Shown: one piece after another, positions 39,081-49,818 of the stretch
How the letters are laid out: each line of letters opens with the position of its first letter
How positions within the stretch are numbered: the stretch's first letter is position 1
From: an uncultured Acidobacteriota bacterium
GTDB taxonomy: Bacteria; Acidobacteriota; CAIWXX01
Assembly: GCA_903916735.1 (NCBI GenBank)
Contig: CAIWXX010000053.1
Coordinates: forward strand, 26,260-90,259
Reading direction: 5' to 3'
DNA length: 64,000 nucleotides
The notes under the pieces: model-generated
Database searches by the model: none
What the model saw: only the letters and a program-made list of their open reading frames with translations
What the model was told of the DNA's origin: nothing
Program-made: the position numbers and the translations under genes

Positions 39081-39302
39081 GAATCATCCCTCCTCTTTGG
39101 ACCCTCAAGATATCTGAATGAAATGGCCCATTCAAGAGAGAAAGAAGTTGACTGGTACAAGTTCGCAGTTCTCAGCGATACATCAGCAACAGTTGAAGAG
39201 GCATTGACGAAGGAGATGATGAATAGTTTGTCGGTTGACTTGAGAAGATTTCCCCAGTCAGCCTTGATTTGGCCGTGTTTCCGAATAGCCGGGAGATGAA
39301 AA

Positions 39303-40880
39303 TTGAATTCGAGCGAGTCCTCTTTTTCCCAATATTTACAACAACTTACCTTGACCGCCTCCGATGGACGTGCTACTTTGTATACAGGCGAAATGGAAAA
39401 GAAAGCTGGAATAATCACAGTTGTGGCTGGCGTCGTAGCTGTGTCATTCATCTTCGGGTTCATGATTTCCTCTATTTTCTCACAACATCATGAACAAACG
39501 AACCTGACTGCTGGAAAAAGGATTACGCCATCTTTAATGAGGGACTCACCATTTAGTTTCGCTGATGTTGCTGAACGGATCAATCCGGCAGTTGTCAGCA
39601 TCACCTCGACGACAGTTGTGCACCAAGATCAAAGAAAGAACCAACAAACCCGTGATTTTTGGGATCAATTCCGACAGCCTTCTAATCCTGAAGACGATTC
39701 GGATAGGAGTGAGGATTTTGGATCGGGTGTTATCGTTGATCCGGCCGGACTCATTCTGACGAATAACCATGTTGTCGATAAGGCAAATAACATCCTTGTG
39801 AAATTGAGCGATAATCAACCCTTCAAAGCCACGCTTGTGGGCGCGGACAATCTGTCGGATCTGGCGCTCCTACGTATCGACAGCCCGAAAAAGCTGGCAT
39901 CGGCGCCTCTGGGAGATTCCGATGGGATTCGGGTCGGAGACTGGGTTATCGCCATCGGAAATCCGCTCTTTTATGAACATACCGTCACCGTCGGCGTCGT
40001 CAGCGCAAAAGGGCGTGTGAATTTTTCCACTCCTTTCGATAATTACATCCAGACAGATGCCGCCATCAATAAGGGCAATAGTGGAGGGCCGCTGGTCAAC
40101 ACTCGCGGAGAAGTCATCGGGATCAACACGCTGGTTTCGATGTATGGACAGGGGATAGGTTTCGCCATACCAATCAACACCGCCAAAGAACTCCTGCCGC
40201 AGCTTCAGGAGAAAGGCCACGTCTCGCGCGGGTTCCTCGGTATCTTCCCCGACGCCGTGACGCCTGGAATTCAGAAGTCGCTTGATCTGCCGAGTGCGCG
40301 CGGAGCACTCGTCAAAGAGGTAACTGTCAATACACCGGCAGCTCGCGCGGGAATCAAAGTGTACGACGTCATCACCGAGATCGGCGGAAGAGAGATCCAG
40401 AGTCAGACGGATCTCTATCGTTTCGTGGCTGGACTGAAGCCAGGCACACGTGTCGAGATCAAGTTGATACGCGATGGAAAGCCGATGATCGTCCAAGCAG
40501 TGCTTGATGAAAGGCCTCTGGATTCATCCGAAGATCAACCGCAGAAGCCACAAGCCCGAAATAATGAGAACGGCATGCCGTTCGATCTCGGGATGGAAGT
40601 TGAAGACATGACTCCTGATCTCAATCGGAGACTGCGGATGCCTCCTCGCATCAAAGGTGTCGTCATCAGCCTGATTGCGCCGGTCGGCCCCGCTGTGGAT
40701 TCGCAGCTGCAGGAGGGGGATGTCATCACAGAAGTCAACAAAAAGCCCGTTGCATCGAAAGCCGAGTTCAGTCGGATCGTGCAAGAGATCAGGCCGGGAT
40801 CGTATGTTTTGATATTGTATCAGCGGCGCGAAGATGGTGATTATCAGCCGTTCTTGACGAGTTTGCAGATTCCTGAATAA
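39303..40880 (+). CDS. periplasmic serine endoprotease DegP/HtrA (trypsin domain plus two PDZ)
   Basis: Catalytic triad context: NNHVV (His), DLALLRI (Asp), GNSGGPLVN (Ser). Two PDZ-like regions. N-terminal signal/anchor. Possible start at 39393 (MEKKAG). Confidence 0.88.
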   Translation: MNSSESSFSQYLQQLTLTASDGRATLYTGEMEKKAGIITVVAGVVAVSFIFGFMISSIFSQHHEQTNLTAGKRITPSLMRDSPFSFADVAERINPAVVSITSTTVVHQDQRKNQQTRDFWDQFRQPSNPEDDSDRSEDFGSGVIVDPAGLILTNNHVVDKANNILVKLSDNQPFKATLVGADNLSDLALLRIDSPKKLASAPLGDSDGIRVGDWVIAIGNPLFYEHTVTVGVVSAKGRVNFSTPFDNYIQTDAAINKGNSGGPLVNTRGEVIGINTLVSMYGQGIGFAIPINTAKELLPQLQEKGHVSRGFLGIFPDAVTPGIQKSLDLPSARGALVKEVTVNTPAARAGIKVYDVITEIGGREIQSQTDLYRFVAGLKPGTRVEIKLIRDGKPMIVQAVLDERPLDSSEDQPQKPQARNNENGMPFDLGMEVEDMTPDLNRRLRMPPRIKGVVISLIAPVGPAVDSQLQEGDVITEVNKKPVASKAEFSRIVQEIRPGSYVLILYQRREDGDYQPFLTSLQIPE

Positions 40881-40935
40881 TGATCCAGGAGCCGATTGCC
40901 TGCGGCTGATTGATCGCAGAAGGTGGTGAGGAAGG

Positions 40936-42360
40936 ATGGGACGAGCGAAAATACTGGCCGTTGATGACGAAACGACCATCCGGGATACACTGAAAATGGT
41001 GCTGGAATACGAAGGGTACACCTTTTTCGGCGCACGCGATGCGGCGGAAGGGTTGCGAGTCACCATCGAAGAACGTCCGGACATCGTCCTGCTGGATATC
41101 AAGATGCCGCAGGTGGACGGGCTGGAGATACTCCCGAAACTCGTGTCGCTCGCCGATGCACCTGAGGTCATCGTAATCTCCGGGCATGGAACCGTGGCGA
41201 CGGCGGTCGAAGCGACGAAACAGGGAGCCTACGATTTTCTTGAAAAGCCGCTGGAACGCGAAAAGCTTCTGCTCTCAATCCGCAATGCGCTCTCCCAGAC
41301 AAATCTCCGCCGCGAGAATCGCCGGCTGACTCTCCGCGAGGAGAATCGTTATCGCATCGTCGGCAAGAGCAACGCCATCAAACGACTATGGGAGATCATC
41401 GAAAAGGCGGCCCCGACCAACGCCACCGTGCTCATTCATGGCGAGAGCGGTACCGGAAAGGAATTGGTGGCGAGGGAAATTCACAGGAGGAGCCAACGGC
41501 GATCCGAGAGCTTCGTGCAGGTCAACTGTGCGGCGATCCCGGAGGAGCTCATCGAGTCCGAGCTCTTTGGGCATGAAAAAGGCTCCTTTACCGGCGCCAG
41601 CGATAAGCAGGTCGGGAAATTCGAGCAAGCTAACAGCGGGACAATCTTTCTGGACGAAATCGGCGATATGAGCCTTAAGACTCAGGCCAAAGTACTGCGG
41701 GTGTTGCAGGAGGGAGAAATCGAGCGGATCGGGGCGAATCGGATCATTCGAGTGGACGTCCGAGTCATCGCTGCCACGAATAAAAACCTGGAAGAAGAAA
41801 TCGCGACCAATCGTTTTCGGGAGGACCTCTATTTCCGACTGAATGTCGTTCCCATACAGACTCCGCCGCTACGGGAGAGGCCTGAGGATATACCTCTATT
41901 GATTGAGCACTTCAAGGGAACCTACTGCCGGGAAAATAGCACGAAGCCAAAAGCATTCGCTCCTGAGACGACTCAGGCCTTGAGTGGGATGCCGTGGCGA
42001 GGCAATGTTCGCGAGCTTAAGAATATGGTTGAACGGCTCGTCATTATGAGCGACGGCGACGTCATATCACCCCGGGATGTCATGGCTCAGGCCGGCATCC
42101 AGCGCGCCTCGGCGCGGCCCGCAGCAGGAGGAACATCCGACGTTCCTGATATGAACGGCGTGCGGACGCTCAGGGAATTCCGCGACCTTTCTGAAAAGCA
42201 TTTCCTATTAGCCCGGCTCAGAGAAAATAACTGGAATATTTCACAAACGGCGACGCAAATCGATGTGCCCCGTTCGAACCTTTATAAGAAGATGGAGCAA
42301 TACTCGATCAGACCAGCCAAGGGAGAAATGCCCTCACCTCCTGATTCAGATAATGAGTGA
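40936..42360 (+). CDS. sigma-54-dependent response regulator (NtrC family: REC + AAA+ sigma-54 activation + Fis-type HTH)
   Basis: REC (ILAVDDE…DIVLLDIKMP). Walker A GESGTGKELVAREIH. GAFTGA loop EKGSFTGA. C-terminal HTH. Confidence 0.9.
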   Translation: MGRAKILAVDDETTIRDTLKMVLEYEGYTFFGARDAAEGLRVTIEERPDIVLLDIKMPQVDGLEILPKLVSLADAPEVIVISGHGTVATAVEATKQGAYDFLEKPLEREKLLLSIRNALSQTNLRRENRRLTLREENRYRIVGKSNAIKRLWEIIEKAAPTNATVLIHGESGTGKELVAREIHRRSQRRSESFVQVNCAAIPEELIESELFGHEKGSFTGASDKQVGKFEQANSGTIFLDEIGDMSLKTQAKVLRVLQEGEIERIGANRIIRVDVRVIAATNKNLEEEIATNRFREDLYFRLNVVPIQTPPLRERPEDIPLLIEHFKGTYCRENSTKPKAFAPETTQALSGMPWRGNVRELKNMVERLVIMSDGDVISPRDVMAQAGIQRASARPAAGGTSDVPDMNGVRTLREFRDLSEKHFLLARLRENNWNISQTATQIDVPRSNLYKKMEQYSIRPAKGEMPSPPDSDNE

Positions 42361-42447
42361 TCACCAAGAACGGGGAACCGAAAACTGACAATTAATTTTT
42401 CTCCATGGCGGCTCATTCTGGATGAGCATAAGGACGCCGCATTTAAT

Positions 42448-43206
42448 ATGGCGGCCGACGAGATGATGCTCCAGGTTGTCGACGACGCACCAGCGACGAT
42501 CATCAGGTTCTACGGCTGGTCTGAACCCGCCCTCTCACTGGGGAATTCGCAGACGGCTGAGGAGGCCGCGGACATCGAATACTGCCGGAAGCACGGCATT
42601 CACATTGTCAGGCGACCAACCGGAGGGCAGGCTGTCCTTCATGATCAGGAGGTCACGTATGCTGTGGCGTCCAGCCATCCTGATTTTTTGCGCGGCCCGT
42701 CACCATACGCTCCTTATCGTAGAATCAGTGCGGCATTGGCGGCCGGTTTCGAGAAACTCGGAATTCAAGTATCCCTCGCCCCGCGCATTCGCCATGTGGG
42801 AGGAGTGAGGCGGGCCGACCCGTGCTTTCTCGAAGCGGGATTTTCAGAAATTATCTACAATGGTAGAAAAATTGCAGGTTCCGCACAAAAGCGCCTCCGC
42901 AATCGCTTTCTCCAGCACGGGTCAATTCTCATCCGATTTGACCCTGAGCTCCTGGCGGGATGCACGCGGAGCGATGCTGGAGTTCTGGCTCAGAGCGTCA
43001 CGTCAATTACAGAAATCATGCAAAAAGAACCGCTGAAGCTCGACCGCATTTTCGCCGACGCATTCTGTTCAAATTTCGGCGTCGAGTTGATTGAACAGGC
43101 ATGGTCCGGCGAGGAGAGGCTCTTGATCGAGCACCTCATCCGCACCAGATACGGCACGGATGAGTGGAATTTCGGCGGCTTGCCTGGGGTTCCAAAAAAT
43201 CCTTGA
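42448..43206 (+). CDS. lipoate-protein ligase / octanoyltransferase (BPL/LPL catalytic domain, LplA/LipM-like)
   Basis: VRRPTGGQAVLHDQEVTYAV and GRKIAGSAQKRLRNRFLQHGSIL motifs. 252 aa. Confidence 0.75.
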   Translation: MAADEMMLQVVDDAPATIIRFYGWSEPALSLGNSQTAEEAADIEYCRKHGIHIVRRPTGGQAVLHDQEVTYAVASSHPDFLRGPSPYAPYRRISAALAAGFEKLGIQVSLAPRIRHVGGVRRADPCFLEAGFSEIIYNGRKIAGSAQKRLRNRFLQHGSILIRFDPELLAGCTRSDAGVLAQSVTSITEIMQKEPLKLDRIFADAFCSNFGVELIEQAWSGEERLLIEHLIRTRYGTDEWNFGGLPGVPKNP

Positions 43207-43366
43207 CGCCCTCCCTTTGCGATTCACATGACAGGCTTATGAAAATATCCATGTTCATCCAAGTTCATCGGTGGCCGGAAAGTGCGGAATTCGAAAGATA
43301 AGTCAAACAAATGCCGGGAATCATATGACGGCTTCCCCTCTTGAGGGTGACCGGTGACGCTGTTTC

Positions 43367-44338
43367 CTATAGCGAGCCCCTGGCGAGGATTCTATTCAGA
43401 TCCCAAAACTGAATAGTTCCGTCGCCGCCGCTAGAGATTAAGTATTGTCCATCGGTCGTGAAGCTCAGATGCAAGACACCGCCGGATTGTCCTTGAAGCG
43501 TCTTCAACAATCCGAAAACCCCCACCTTCCAAATCTTGATATCACCGGCCATGGAAGCCGACACCAGATACTTGTTATCGGGGGAAACGGCACACGCGCT
43601 GACGTATCGCGGATGAGCAATAAACGTTCTGATGATCGACTGGGTCTCCCTGTTTCTGATCGTCAACCGTCCTGTGTAGTCGCCATAAGCGATATCGACG
43701 CTATCCCCACTGATCGCGATGGCCGTGCATGGATAGGCTTCCTCGTGGTATTTAGCGGCGAGCTGTTTATTGGTCAAATTGTAGACATAGACATATTGAT
43801 CGGCCGATGCGCAGACAAGGAAACGACTATCGGCACCGATGGCTATCGCTAGAATCTCATCCCCTGGGCCCCTGAGTTCTCTGAGAAAATAATCCTTCAT
43901 GCGCCAAAGCTTGATTGTTTTGCCGGATGCAGCGGCAAGATAGGCGCCATCGGGAGAAAGCGCCAAGCCTGTCACAGGACCGCTCGCAGTGAGAACTCTG
44001 GTCAGTGAGAAAGCATTTGCGGCCTTTCGGATGTTCACTTTGCCATTGGCACCGGCCTCGGCAATAAACTCGTCGTTGGGGAAAAATTCCGCCGCTTCTT
44101 TCTTGATCGATGGCGTCGACAGCGTCTTTAAAAGCGAGAAATCTTCGTACTTCCAGATTTTCACAGCACCATCGTCGCCGCAGGTTGCCAGGAGTAATCC
44201 GTCCGGACTCATGGCAGCCCAGTTTGAAGCATTGGAGTGTGCAGCAAGAGTGATGTCCGGGAGAATCGTCGTATCAAGCTGTGCCCATGCGACGCCGCCA
44301 GCTATGATCACGGCCACGATAGCAATGAGTTTCTTCAT
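43367..44338 (-). CDS. secreted WD40/beta-propeller repeat protein
   Basis: Signal peptide MKKLIAIVAVIIAGGVAWAQ. Repeated …SPDG.YLA…D.T.K.W… units. Confidence 0.7.
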   Translation of the reverse strand: MKKLIAIVAVIIAGGVAWAQLDTTILPDITLAAHSNASNWAAMSPDGLLLATCGDDGAVKIWKYEDFSLLKTLSTPSIKKEAAEFFPNDEFIAEAGANGKVNIRKAANAFSLTRVLTASGPVTGLALSPDGAYLAAASGKTIKLWRMKDYFLRELRGPGDEILAIAIGADSRFLVCASADQYVYVYNLTNKQLAAKYHEEAYPCTAIAISGDSVDIAYGDYTGRLTIRNRETQSIIRTFIAHPRYVSACAVSPDNKYLVSASMAGDIKIWKVGVFGLLKTLQGQSGGVLHLSFTTDGQYLISSGGDGTIQFWDLNRILARGSL

Positions 44339-45231
44339 AATCCTCTCTTTTTACAATTCCTAAATAGATGAACACAGGCACTTCTGTCAAGTCGCAGTCA
44401 AGTCGAGTAACCGGAGGAGGTTGCCCTCCCCCTGCTCTCACGAAACGGTTTGCATCCTTCGCGGGTAGCACCACATTGGTGACATCGATGCTGCGTGCAA
44501 GCAGCTTCTCGGTGATCGCCGCCGATGCGCGTAGATCAGCTTCGTCGGAATCAAGCGCCGGGATGATTCGGCGAACGCTGTGCTTATCAAGCAGCTCGTC
44601 GTGATCGACAGTCCATCCGTTGACGCCATAGACCGGGATCGCGTTCATGATCCCGACTTCCAGGAATGACATCGCATCGATCACCGATTCGGTGATCATG
44701 CTCTCATTGCTTGTAGCCGCGCACGCCGCATTCACAAGCCCTCTGCTCGGCCCTGGCAGATACAGATGCTGATCCCGATCGATCGCACGGCCGTAGATGC
44801 CGACAACAACGCCGGCGAGGTCCCGCAACGGCAGCACAATGCAGCGAAGTAATAATTCGCAGACCGAGCGATGTGAGCACAGCGCGCATCTCATCGGAGA
44901 TCCGCTCCAATAACGTCCCATCCGCGTATCCAACCTACAGCGCCTCGATGATCTCCGCCTTCGTAATCCCGCACGCAGCCGGATACTCCCGCCGCGCGAA
45001 CTCAATCACGTCGCCGCCAACGCGCTTCGCCGCCCCCGCCGAACAAGCCCCATGACAGCACCAGTACTGCTTCCGCGGGAATACCACCAAAGATGGTCCC
45101 GTATCGTTGTGAAAAGTACATCGCCCCACGTAGTCAGAACCACGCCGCCGAAGCTGCACTCCGTTGGATTCGATGAATGCCACGAGATCATTGCGAGCCC
45201 GAGCTTCCGCAATCACTTCGGCAGAAATCAT
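44280..45231 (-). pseudogene. disrupted DNA primase (CHC2 zinc-finger and Toprim parts in different frames), likely a mobile-element remnant
   Basis: ORF 44935..45231 carries the CHC2 zinc finger (CTFHNDTGPSLVVFPRKQYWCCHGACSAGAAKRVGGDVIEF). ORF 44274..45005 carries a Toprim-like segment (AIPVYGVNGWTVDHDELLDKHSVRRIIPALDSDEADLRA) but starts with Arg-rich out-of-frame junk and overlaps the WD40 gene. Confidence 0.55.
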
Positions 45232-45330
45232 CGAATTCGGACCTTCCTTGTAAATTTGTCAATTGGAAATTGAATGCATTTCACGCATCAATATATGCCC
45301 GTCACGAATGGTCGCCAAGGAGAATTTCGC

Positions 45331-45753
45331 ATGACAGATAGAATTCAGGGTGAAGAGATAATTCAGGACTTTGCAACAACCATGAAAGACCGCCGGATTC
45401 TAAAAGCATTCGGTACCCGTGTGAAAGCACTCCGCAAGCAGAAGGAATGGACTCAGATGGAGCTGGCGGAGAAGATCGGTATACGCTTCCCGCAACTCAA
45501 CAAGTATGAGTGCGGCCTCCAAGCTCCTCCATTTGACAAGCTGATAATGCTGTCGGAAGCTCTCGGAACCACTGTGGACTTCCTCCTGACCGGCGAGCTG
45601 ACCGACACACAACTGCTCCACAATTTCAGATTGCTTGAGCGATTCAGGGCGCTGGAGTCATTCCGCAACAACGACCAGGAGTCGATCATCACGTTGATTG
45701 ATGCATTGATTGTGAAGCAGCGTGTAGAAGGGGCGCTGAAGCCCCTCCGATGA
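45331..45753 (+). CDS. XRE-family HTH transcriptional regulator
   Basis: LRKQKEWTQMELAEKIGIRFPQLNKYECG is a Cro/C1-type HTH. AAGGAG RBS before MTDRIQG. Confidence 0.75.
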   Translation: MTDRIQGEEIIQDFATTMKDRRILKAFGTRVKALRKQKEWTQMELAEKIGIRFPQLNKYECGLQAPPFDKLIMLSEALGTTVDFLLTGELTDTQLLHNFRLLERFRALESFRNNDQESIITLIDALIVKQRVEGALKPLR

Positions 45754-45809
45754 AGTGGAGCAGGAACAGTCATACCGTCGATTAGCCGCTTCTTGGGATC
45801 ATCATTCGC

Positions 45810-46031
45810 ATGTACTTTGACGAGCACGAGCCTCCGCATTTCCACGCCATCTATGGAGACTATGAGGCTGATGTGACCATTAAAACCCTCCAGATCTTGG
45901 CAGGCACATTGCCCCGGCGTGACCTTGCACTTGTACTTGAATGGGCTGCGCTGCATCGGGCCGAGTTGCCGGAGAATTGGGTGTTGTGCCGGCAGCATTG
46001 GCGTCCAGAAAATATTCAACCGCTGGATTGA
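45810..46031 (+). CDS. DUF4160-family small protein
   Basis: MYFDEHEPPHFHAIYGDYEA…. The usual DUF2442 partner is absent; only a 14-codon stub follows. Confidence 0.6.
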   Translation: MYFDEHEPPHFHAIYGDYEADVTIKTLQILAGTLPRRDLALVLEWAALHRAELPENWVLCRQHWRPENIQPLD

Positions 46032-46070
46032 GGCCAACAATGAATTACAAAGTTCAGACCTCCTGTTATT

Positions 46071-46292
46071 TTACGCGTAACATAACAGGAGTTCTGAAAT
46101 TACCATTGTTGAATCCGGAGACCAGGATATTGCAGACGGTGTCGTACCGCGGAGATAAGGGTACGCGAACAGCTGGTCCAGCGTGAGATGATCTTCGGCA
46201 CTCACAATCCCGGAAAGAAGTGCCAACAGAAACAAGGTGAAAATCGCTTTGGCGCGCATTAGAGGACTTCCTTTCTTGTATTCATGAGTCAC
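46071..46292 (-). pseudogene. 5' fragment of a secreted protein (signal peptide plus beginning of a beta-propeller/peptidase-like N-terminus), truncated
   Basis: MRAKAIFTLFLLALLSGIVSAEDHLTLDQLFAYPYLRGTTPSAISWSPDS then the frame terminates. Confidence 0.35.
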
Positions 46293-46379
46293 CTCTCAGG
46301 CAATTCCCCACGAAGTAATCGATCATCGGATCATGTCAGAGTCGCGTTTGAAATACGTACGGTTATTTTTCGGGATACT

Positions 46380-47747
46380 CTAAGTGACGGTGATTTCGTT
46401 GCTCTTTCGGAATTCACCTTCCCATCGGGCGATAACGACCGTGGCCAGGCAATTGCCGATCACGTTGACCGACGTTCTCGCCATGTCCATCAACTCGTCG
46501 ATGCCAAGAATGATAAAGATCGGCTCAATGGGCAAATTGAAAGAAGCGGCCGTGCCAAGCAATATGACAAGCGATGCACGCGGCACCCCGGCCACTCCTT
46601 TTGATGTCAACATCAGAGTGAAGATGATTACCAGCTGCCGCCCAAAACTGAGCTCGATGCCTGCTGCCTGAGCGACGAAAATTGATGCGAGCGAAAGGTA
46701 GAGTGCCGTTCCATCCAGATTGAAACTGTAACCCGTCGGCATAATGAACGCGACAATTTTGCGAGGAACACCGAGCTTCTCCAGAGCCTCCATGGCCCGT
46801 GGCAGTGCGGCTTCTGAACTGGTCGTCGCAAACGCCAATGAAACCGGCTCTATGATCGCTCGCACAAACTCACGGATGGGCACGCGCGTGATGAGGGCGA
46901 TCGGGAATAATACCAGGATCAAGAAAGCAATCATGGCGATGTAGAGAGTGGCCAGCAGCTTGAAAAGGTTGAGGAGGATGCCCAACCCCATGTGACCCAC
47001 CGTATAGGCGATCGCTGCACCGACACCGATCGGAGCGAACAACATCACGATATTAGTGAATTTGAACATGACATCGGCGAGGCATTCAGTGATATTCAAA
47101 ATCGGCTTCCTACGCGGTTCGGGAACCATCGCAAGGGCGACACCGAAAATAAGCGCGAAGACGACCACCTGCAGAATCTGCCCTTCAGCGACCGCCTTGG
47201 CAACATTTTCGGGAAAAATGTGGATGATCACATCCGATGCACTTTGTTTGACGGCTTCCAATTTTTCAGCAACAGGCGCCGGCGGCAGATGAATGCCTTT
47301 GCCGGCCTGAGTCAGGTTGATGGCGGCGAGGCCGATGAAGAGCGCAATGGTCGTAACAATTTCGAAATAGATAAGAGCCTTCACACCCATCCGGCCAACC
47401 TGCTTCAGGTTCGCGTGACCGGCAACGCCCACGACCAGCGTCGCGAAGAGCAGCGGAGCAATGATCGTCTTGATCATGCGCAGGAACACGAGAGATAGAA
47501 CTCGAAGATTGACAGCAATGTTGGGAACATCGTGCCCGATTTCAGCTCCAATCACCATGCTGATGAGTATCCAGGTCGTGAGCGATTTCTTTCGAATGCC
47601 ATGAACGACGAGGCTGCAGATGGCCAGCCATCGCGATGCGACAAGAACGGCAGCAGGCACAGCCACAAAGCCGGAAAGATGGACGAGGAAAAGCGCAGCG
47701 GCCACACCGAGAAATCCAAGAATGGCGATGTTTATTTTGTTGCTCAT
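46380..47747 (-). CDS. dicarboxylate/amino acid:cation symporter (DAACS, GltP/DctA family)
   Basis: 455-aa polytopic protein with conserved DAACS hairpin regions (…GIELSFGRQLVIIFTLMLTSKGVAGVPRASLVILLGT…). Confidence 0.85.
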   Translation of the reverse strand: MSNKINIAILGFLGVAAALFLVHLSGFVAVPAAVLVASRWLAICSLVVHGIRKKSLTTWILISMVIGAEIGHDVPNIAVNLRVLSLVFLRMIKTIIAPLLFATLVVGVAGHANLKQVGRMGVKALIYFEIVTTIALFIGLAAINLTQAGKGIHLPPAPVAEKLEAVKQSASDVIIHIFPENVAKAVAEGQILQVVVFALIFGVALAMVPEPRRKPILNITECLADVMFKFTNIVMLFAPIGVGAAIAYTVGHMGLGILLNLFKLLATLYIAMIAFLILVLFPIALITRVPIREFVRAIIEPVSLAFATTSSEAALPRAMEALEKLGVPRKIVAFIMPTGYSFNLDGTALYLSLASIFVAQAAGIELSFGRQLVIIFTLMLTSKGVAGVPRASLVILLGTAASFNLPIEPIFIILGIDELMDMARTSVNVIGNCLATVVIARWEGEFRKSNEITVT

Positions 47748-48036
47748 GATGACACAGTGGTGGATGAGGTTTTCGGGGTTCCGCTCAGGATCAAAATCAA
47801 CACCGGCGAAATATAGGTGTTGAGTGGAGTGTTGTCAAAGAGCGAAAATCGAAGGGGCGCGAGTCGGAGAAATCCCATGGAAACAGCTTGACCTACTGAG
47901 AGAAACCACCGAGGAACTTCGATCAGCACAAATACTATCGACTGCCGGCCAGAACGATGCGGAGGTGGATAGACACGTCAAAAAAAAGTGCAATAGCATT
48001 CATCATCATCCTCGAAGAATGAAGCGCCTCATGACG

Positions 48037-48262
48037 CGGCATAGCAGCAACCAAACAAGATGGCTTCGACAACCATCGCTCCCGAACTTCTCAGGAATGC
48101 AGGAAGAGAGGAAAGCAGAAACGGATTTTTATATCGACCAGCGGTGGTTTCATAAGTCATTCCTGCATTCCTTTCTTCCTGGCTTCCTGAGAGGAATTCA
48201 CGATCCTGCCGTATCACAACTTTTGCCATTTTGTACACATATTTCGCCGATCCGATACTAAA
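48037..48262 (-). repeat. copy B (inverted orientation) of the ~200-bp intergenic structured repeat family
   Basis: Reverse complement reads …agtatcggatcggcgaaatatgtgtacaaaatggcaaaagttgtgatacggcaggatcgtgaattcctctcaggaagccagga…tgaaaccaccgctggtcgatataaaaatccgtttctgc…ttcctgagaag…gcgatggttgtcgaagccatcttgtttggttgc, near-identical to copy C. Confidence 0.85.
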
Positions 48263-48364
48263 ACCTGTGCTGGCACCTAAAGTTCCTTTCTCATGATGGT
48301 GTCTTCCCGGCGGCATGTGATGAAAAATAATTTCGTAGCCACCGAATCAGAAGCGATGAACCTT

Positions 48365-49099
48365 TTACTGGACGGCCCGGAAAGGAAGCACCTCGGCCTT
48401 CTTGGATCCTTCGATAAAAATCGCCATATGGACATAACTCCGGTCTGAAGGATCAAAAGGCGGCGCGCCTTCGTAGTCGTGCCAGCGGTTGACGAATTCA
48501 TTGAGCGGAATGATACCTCGGCTGCCGAGGAGTGACGGATCTTCGACATAGAGATTGTCCTTGTCGATTCCGACGGCGACCACGTAGTGGCCATCTTCCC
48601 AGTCCGAAGACCAGGAAAAGCCTGCAGCTGGAGCCTCAGTCCAGGCTTGAATATCGACGATCGCCGGTATGCCGCGATCGAGTGCATGCTTGAGATCCTC
48701 AACTGTACAGCCCTCTTTCATCTCCGCCCGGAGCCCATATGAGCGGGCCACCCTTAAAATGCCCGCAGGTTGAGTTCCGTCTTCGGGCGTCGTGCGGCAG
48801 GCTTTCATGATGACATCCTCACGCGCCTCGAGTCCCCAGTATGCGAGAACAGCCTGGAGAGCTGATGCTCCGCAAGAATAGTTCGTTGACTGCCTCACAT
48901 CCGGAACACCGGCAAACGGAAGCGGTGTTGATGATGCTGAGGCGCGTGAGGAATTCGCATGGGATAATAGAAACCCATTGACCGTAAACCCGGCTGTGAA
49001 CGCAAAAAGAAAAACGCTACCAACAAGGATGCTGAATTTGCTTTTGCTCAAGTTCCCTAATCCTCTCCGGGCTCGGTACGCTCCCGAATCTTCGATCAT
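48365..49099 (-). CDS. C39-like/papain-like cysteine peptidase domain protein with N-terminal signal anchor
   Basis: NYSCGASALQAVLAYWG (catalytic Cys context) …GHYVVAVG… (His). Start uncertain; the ORF track extends to 49219. Confidence 0.45.
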   Translation of the reverse strand: MIEDSGAYRARRGLGNLSKSKFSILVGSVFLFAFTAGFTVNGFLLSHANSSRASASSTPLPFAGVPDVRQSTNYSCGASALQAVLAYWGLEAREDVIMKACRTTPEDGTQPAGILRVARSYGLRAEMKEGCTVEDLKHALDRGIPAIVDIQAWTEAPAAGFSWSSDWEDGHYVVAVGIDKDNLYVEDPSLLGSRGIIPLNEFVNRWHDYEGAPPFDPSDRSYVHMAIFIEGSKKAEVLPFRAVQ

Positions 49100-49397
49100 C
49101 AACCTTGATCTGTGAGGATGTGCGGGATCATGCCGTGAAGTCGACCATCTTTCCACAAACCTCAGCGGGGCATGGGCATGTAGATAATGATCTCGTGCCT
49201 CACCCCTTATGCGTCGCAATCATTGTCAAGTTACCGTCGATGCGGCTGCCCGGCGGGGTCATGCCCTCCCATTCCCCATGGCACATGGTCAGGGGATTGG
49301 GAGGGCGAGCCTTCGATGATCCGTCTCATGTGCATATCAGGGAGCTTTCATGGCGTAGAGTCCTGCGGATGGCATGACAATTCCGCTGTATCTCCAG

Positions 49398-49802
49398 TCA
49401 CACCCTTTCCTGATATTCAACGGCTTTGGGATAGCAGTAGCGCACGCATTGAGGATCTCCGCTGCACAGATCGCACGCGATCGCCTTGGCGGTGGGAGAG
49501 TCAAATTGCATGGCACCATAGGGGCAGGCCGGCACGCAGGCGCCACAACCGTTGCAGAGCTGCGTATCGATCGCCAGCGGCTGATCTCGCTCCGGACGCG
49601 TGATAGCCGCGACAGGGCATGACGCAATGCAGGGCGCTTTCGGACAGGAAAAGCACGACATGACCTTGGCCTCGCCCGTCTGCGGCCGCACCGTCACGTG
49701 GATGCGCGAACGCGTCGGGGCAAACTCCTGGTAATGGAAGGAAGAGCATGCCACTTCGCAATGGTGGCAGCCGGTACAGAGCTGATTGTGAAATTTCAAC
49801 AT
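49398..49802 (-). CDS. 4Fe-4S dicluster ferredoxin-domain protein (likely electron partner of AOR)
   Basis: Several CxxCxxCxxxCP motifs (CTGCHHCEVAC; CNGCGACVPACP; CDLCSGDPQCVRYC). Immediately downstream of the AOR gene. Confidence 0.85.
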   Translation of the reverse strand: MLKFHNQLCTGCHHCEVACSSFHYQEFAPTRSRIHVTVRPQTGEAKVMSCFSCPKAPCIASCPVAAITRPERDQPLAIDTQLCNGCGACVPACPYGAMQFDSPTAKAIACDLCSGDPQCVRYCYPKAVEYQERV

Positions 49803-49818
49803 CGCTTTACTCCTGTCC

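Noticed and set aside
43300-43366. Short cccctcttgagggg hairpin after the WD40 gene as a terminator
   Set aside because: 5-bp stem, 2-nt loop, no downstream T-tract on the transcribed strand.
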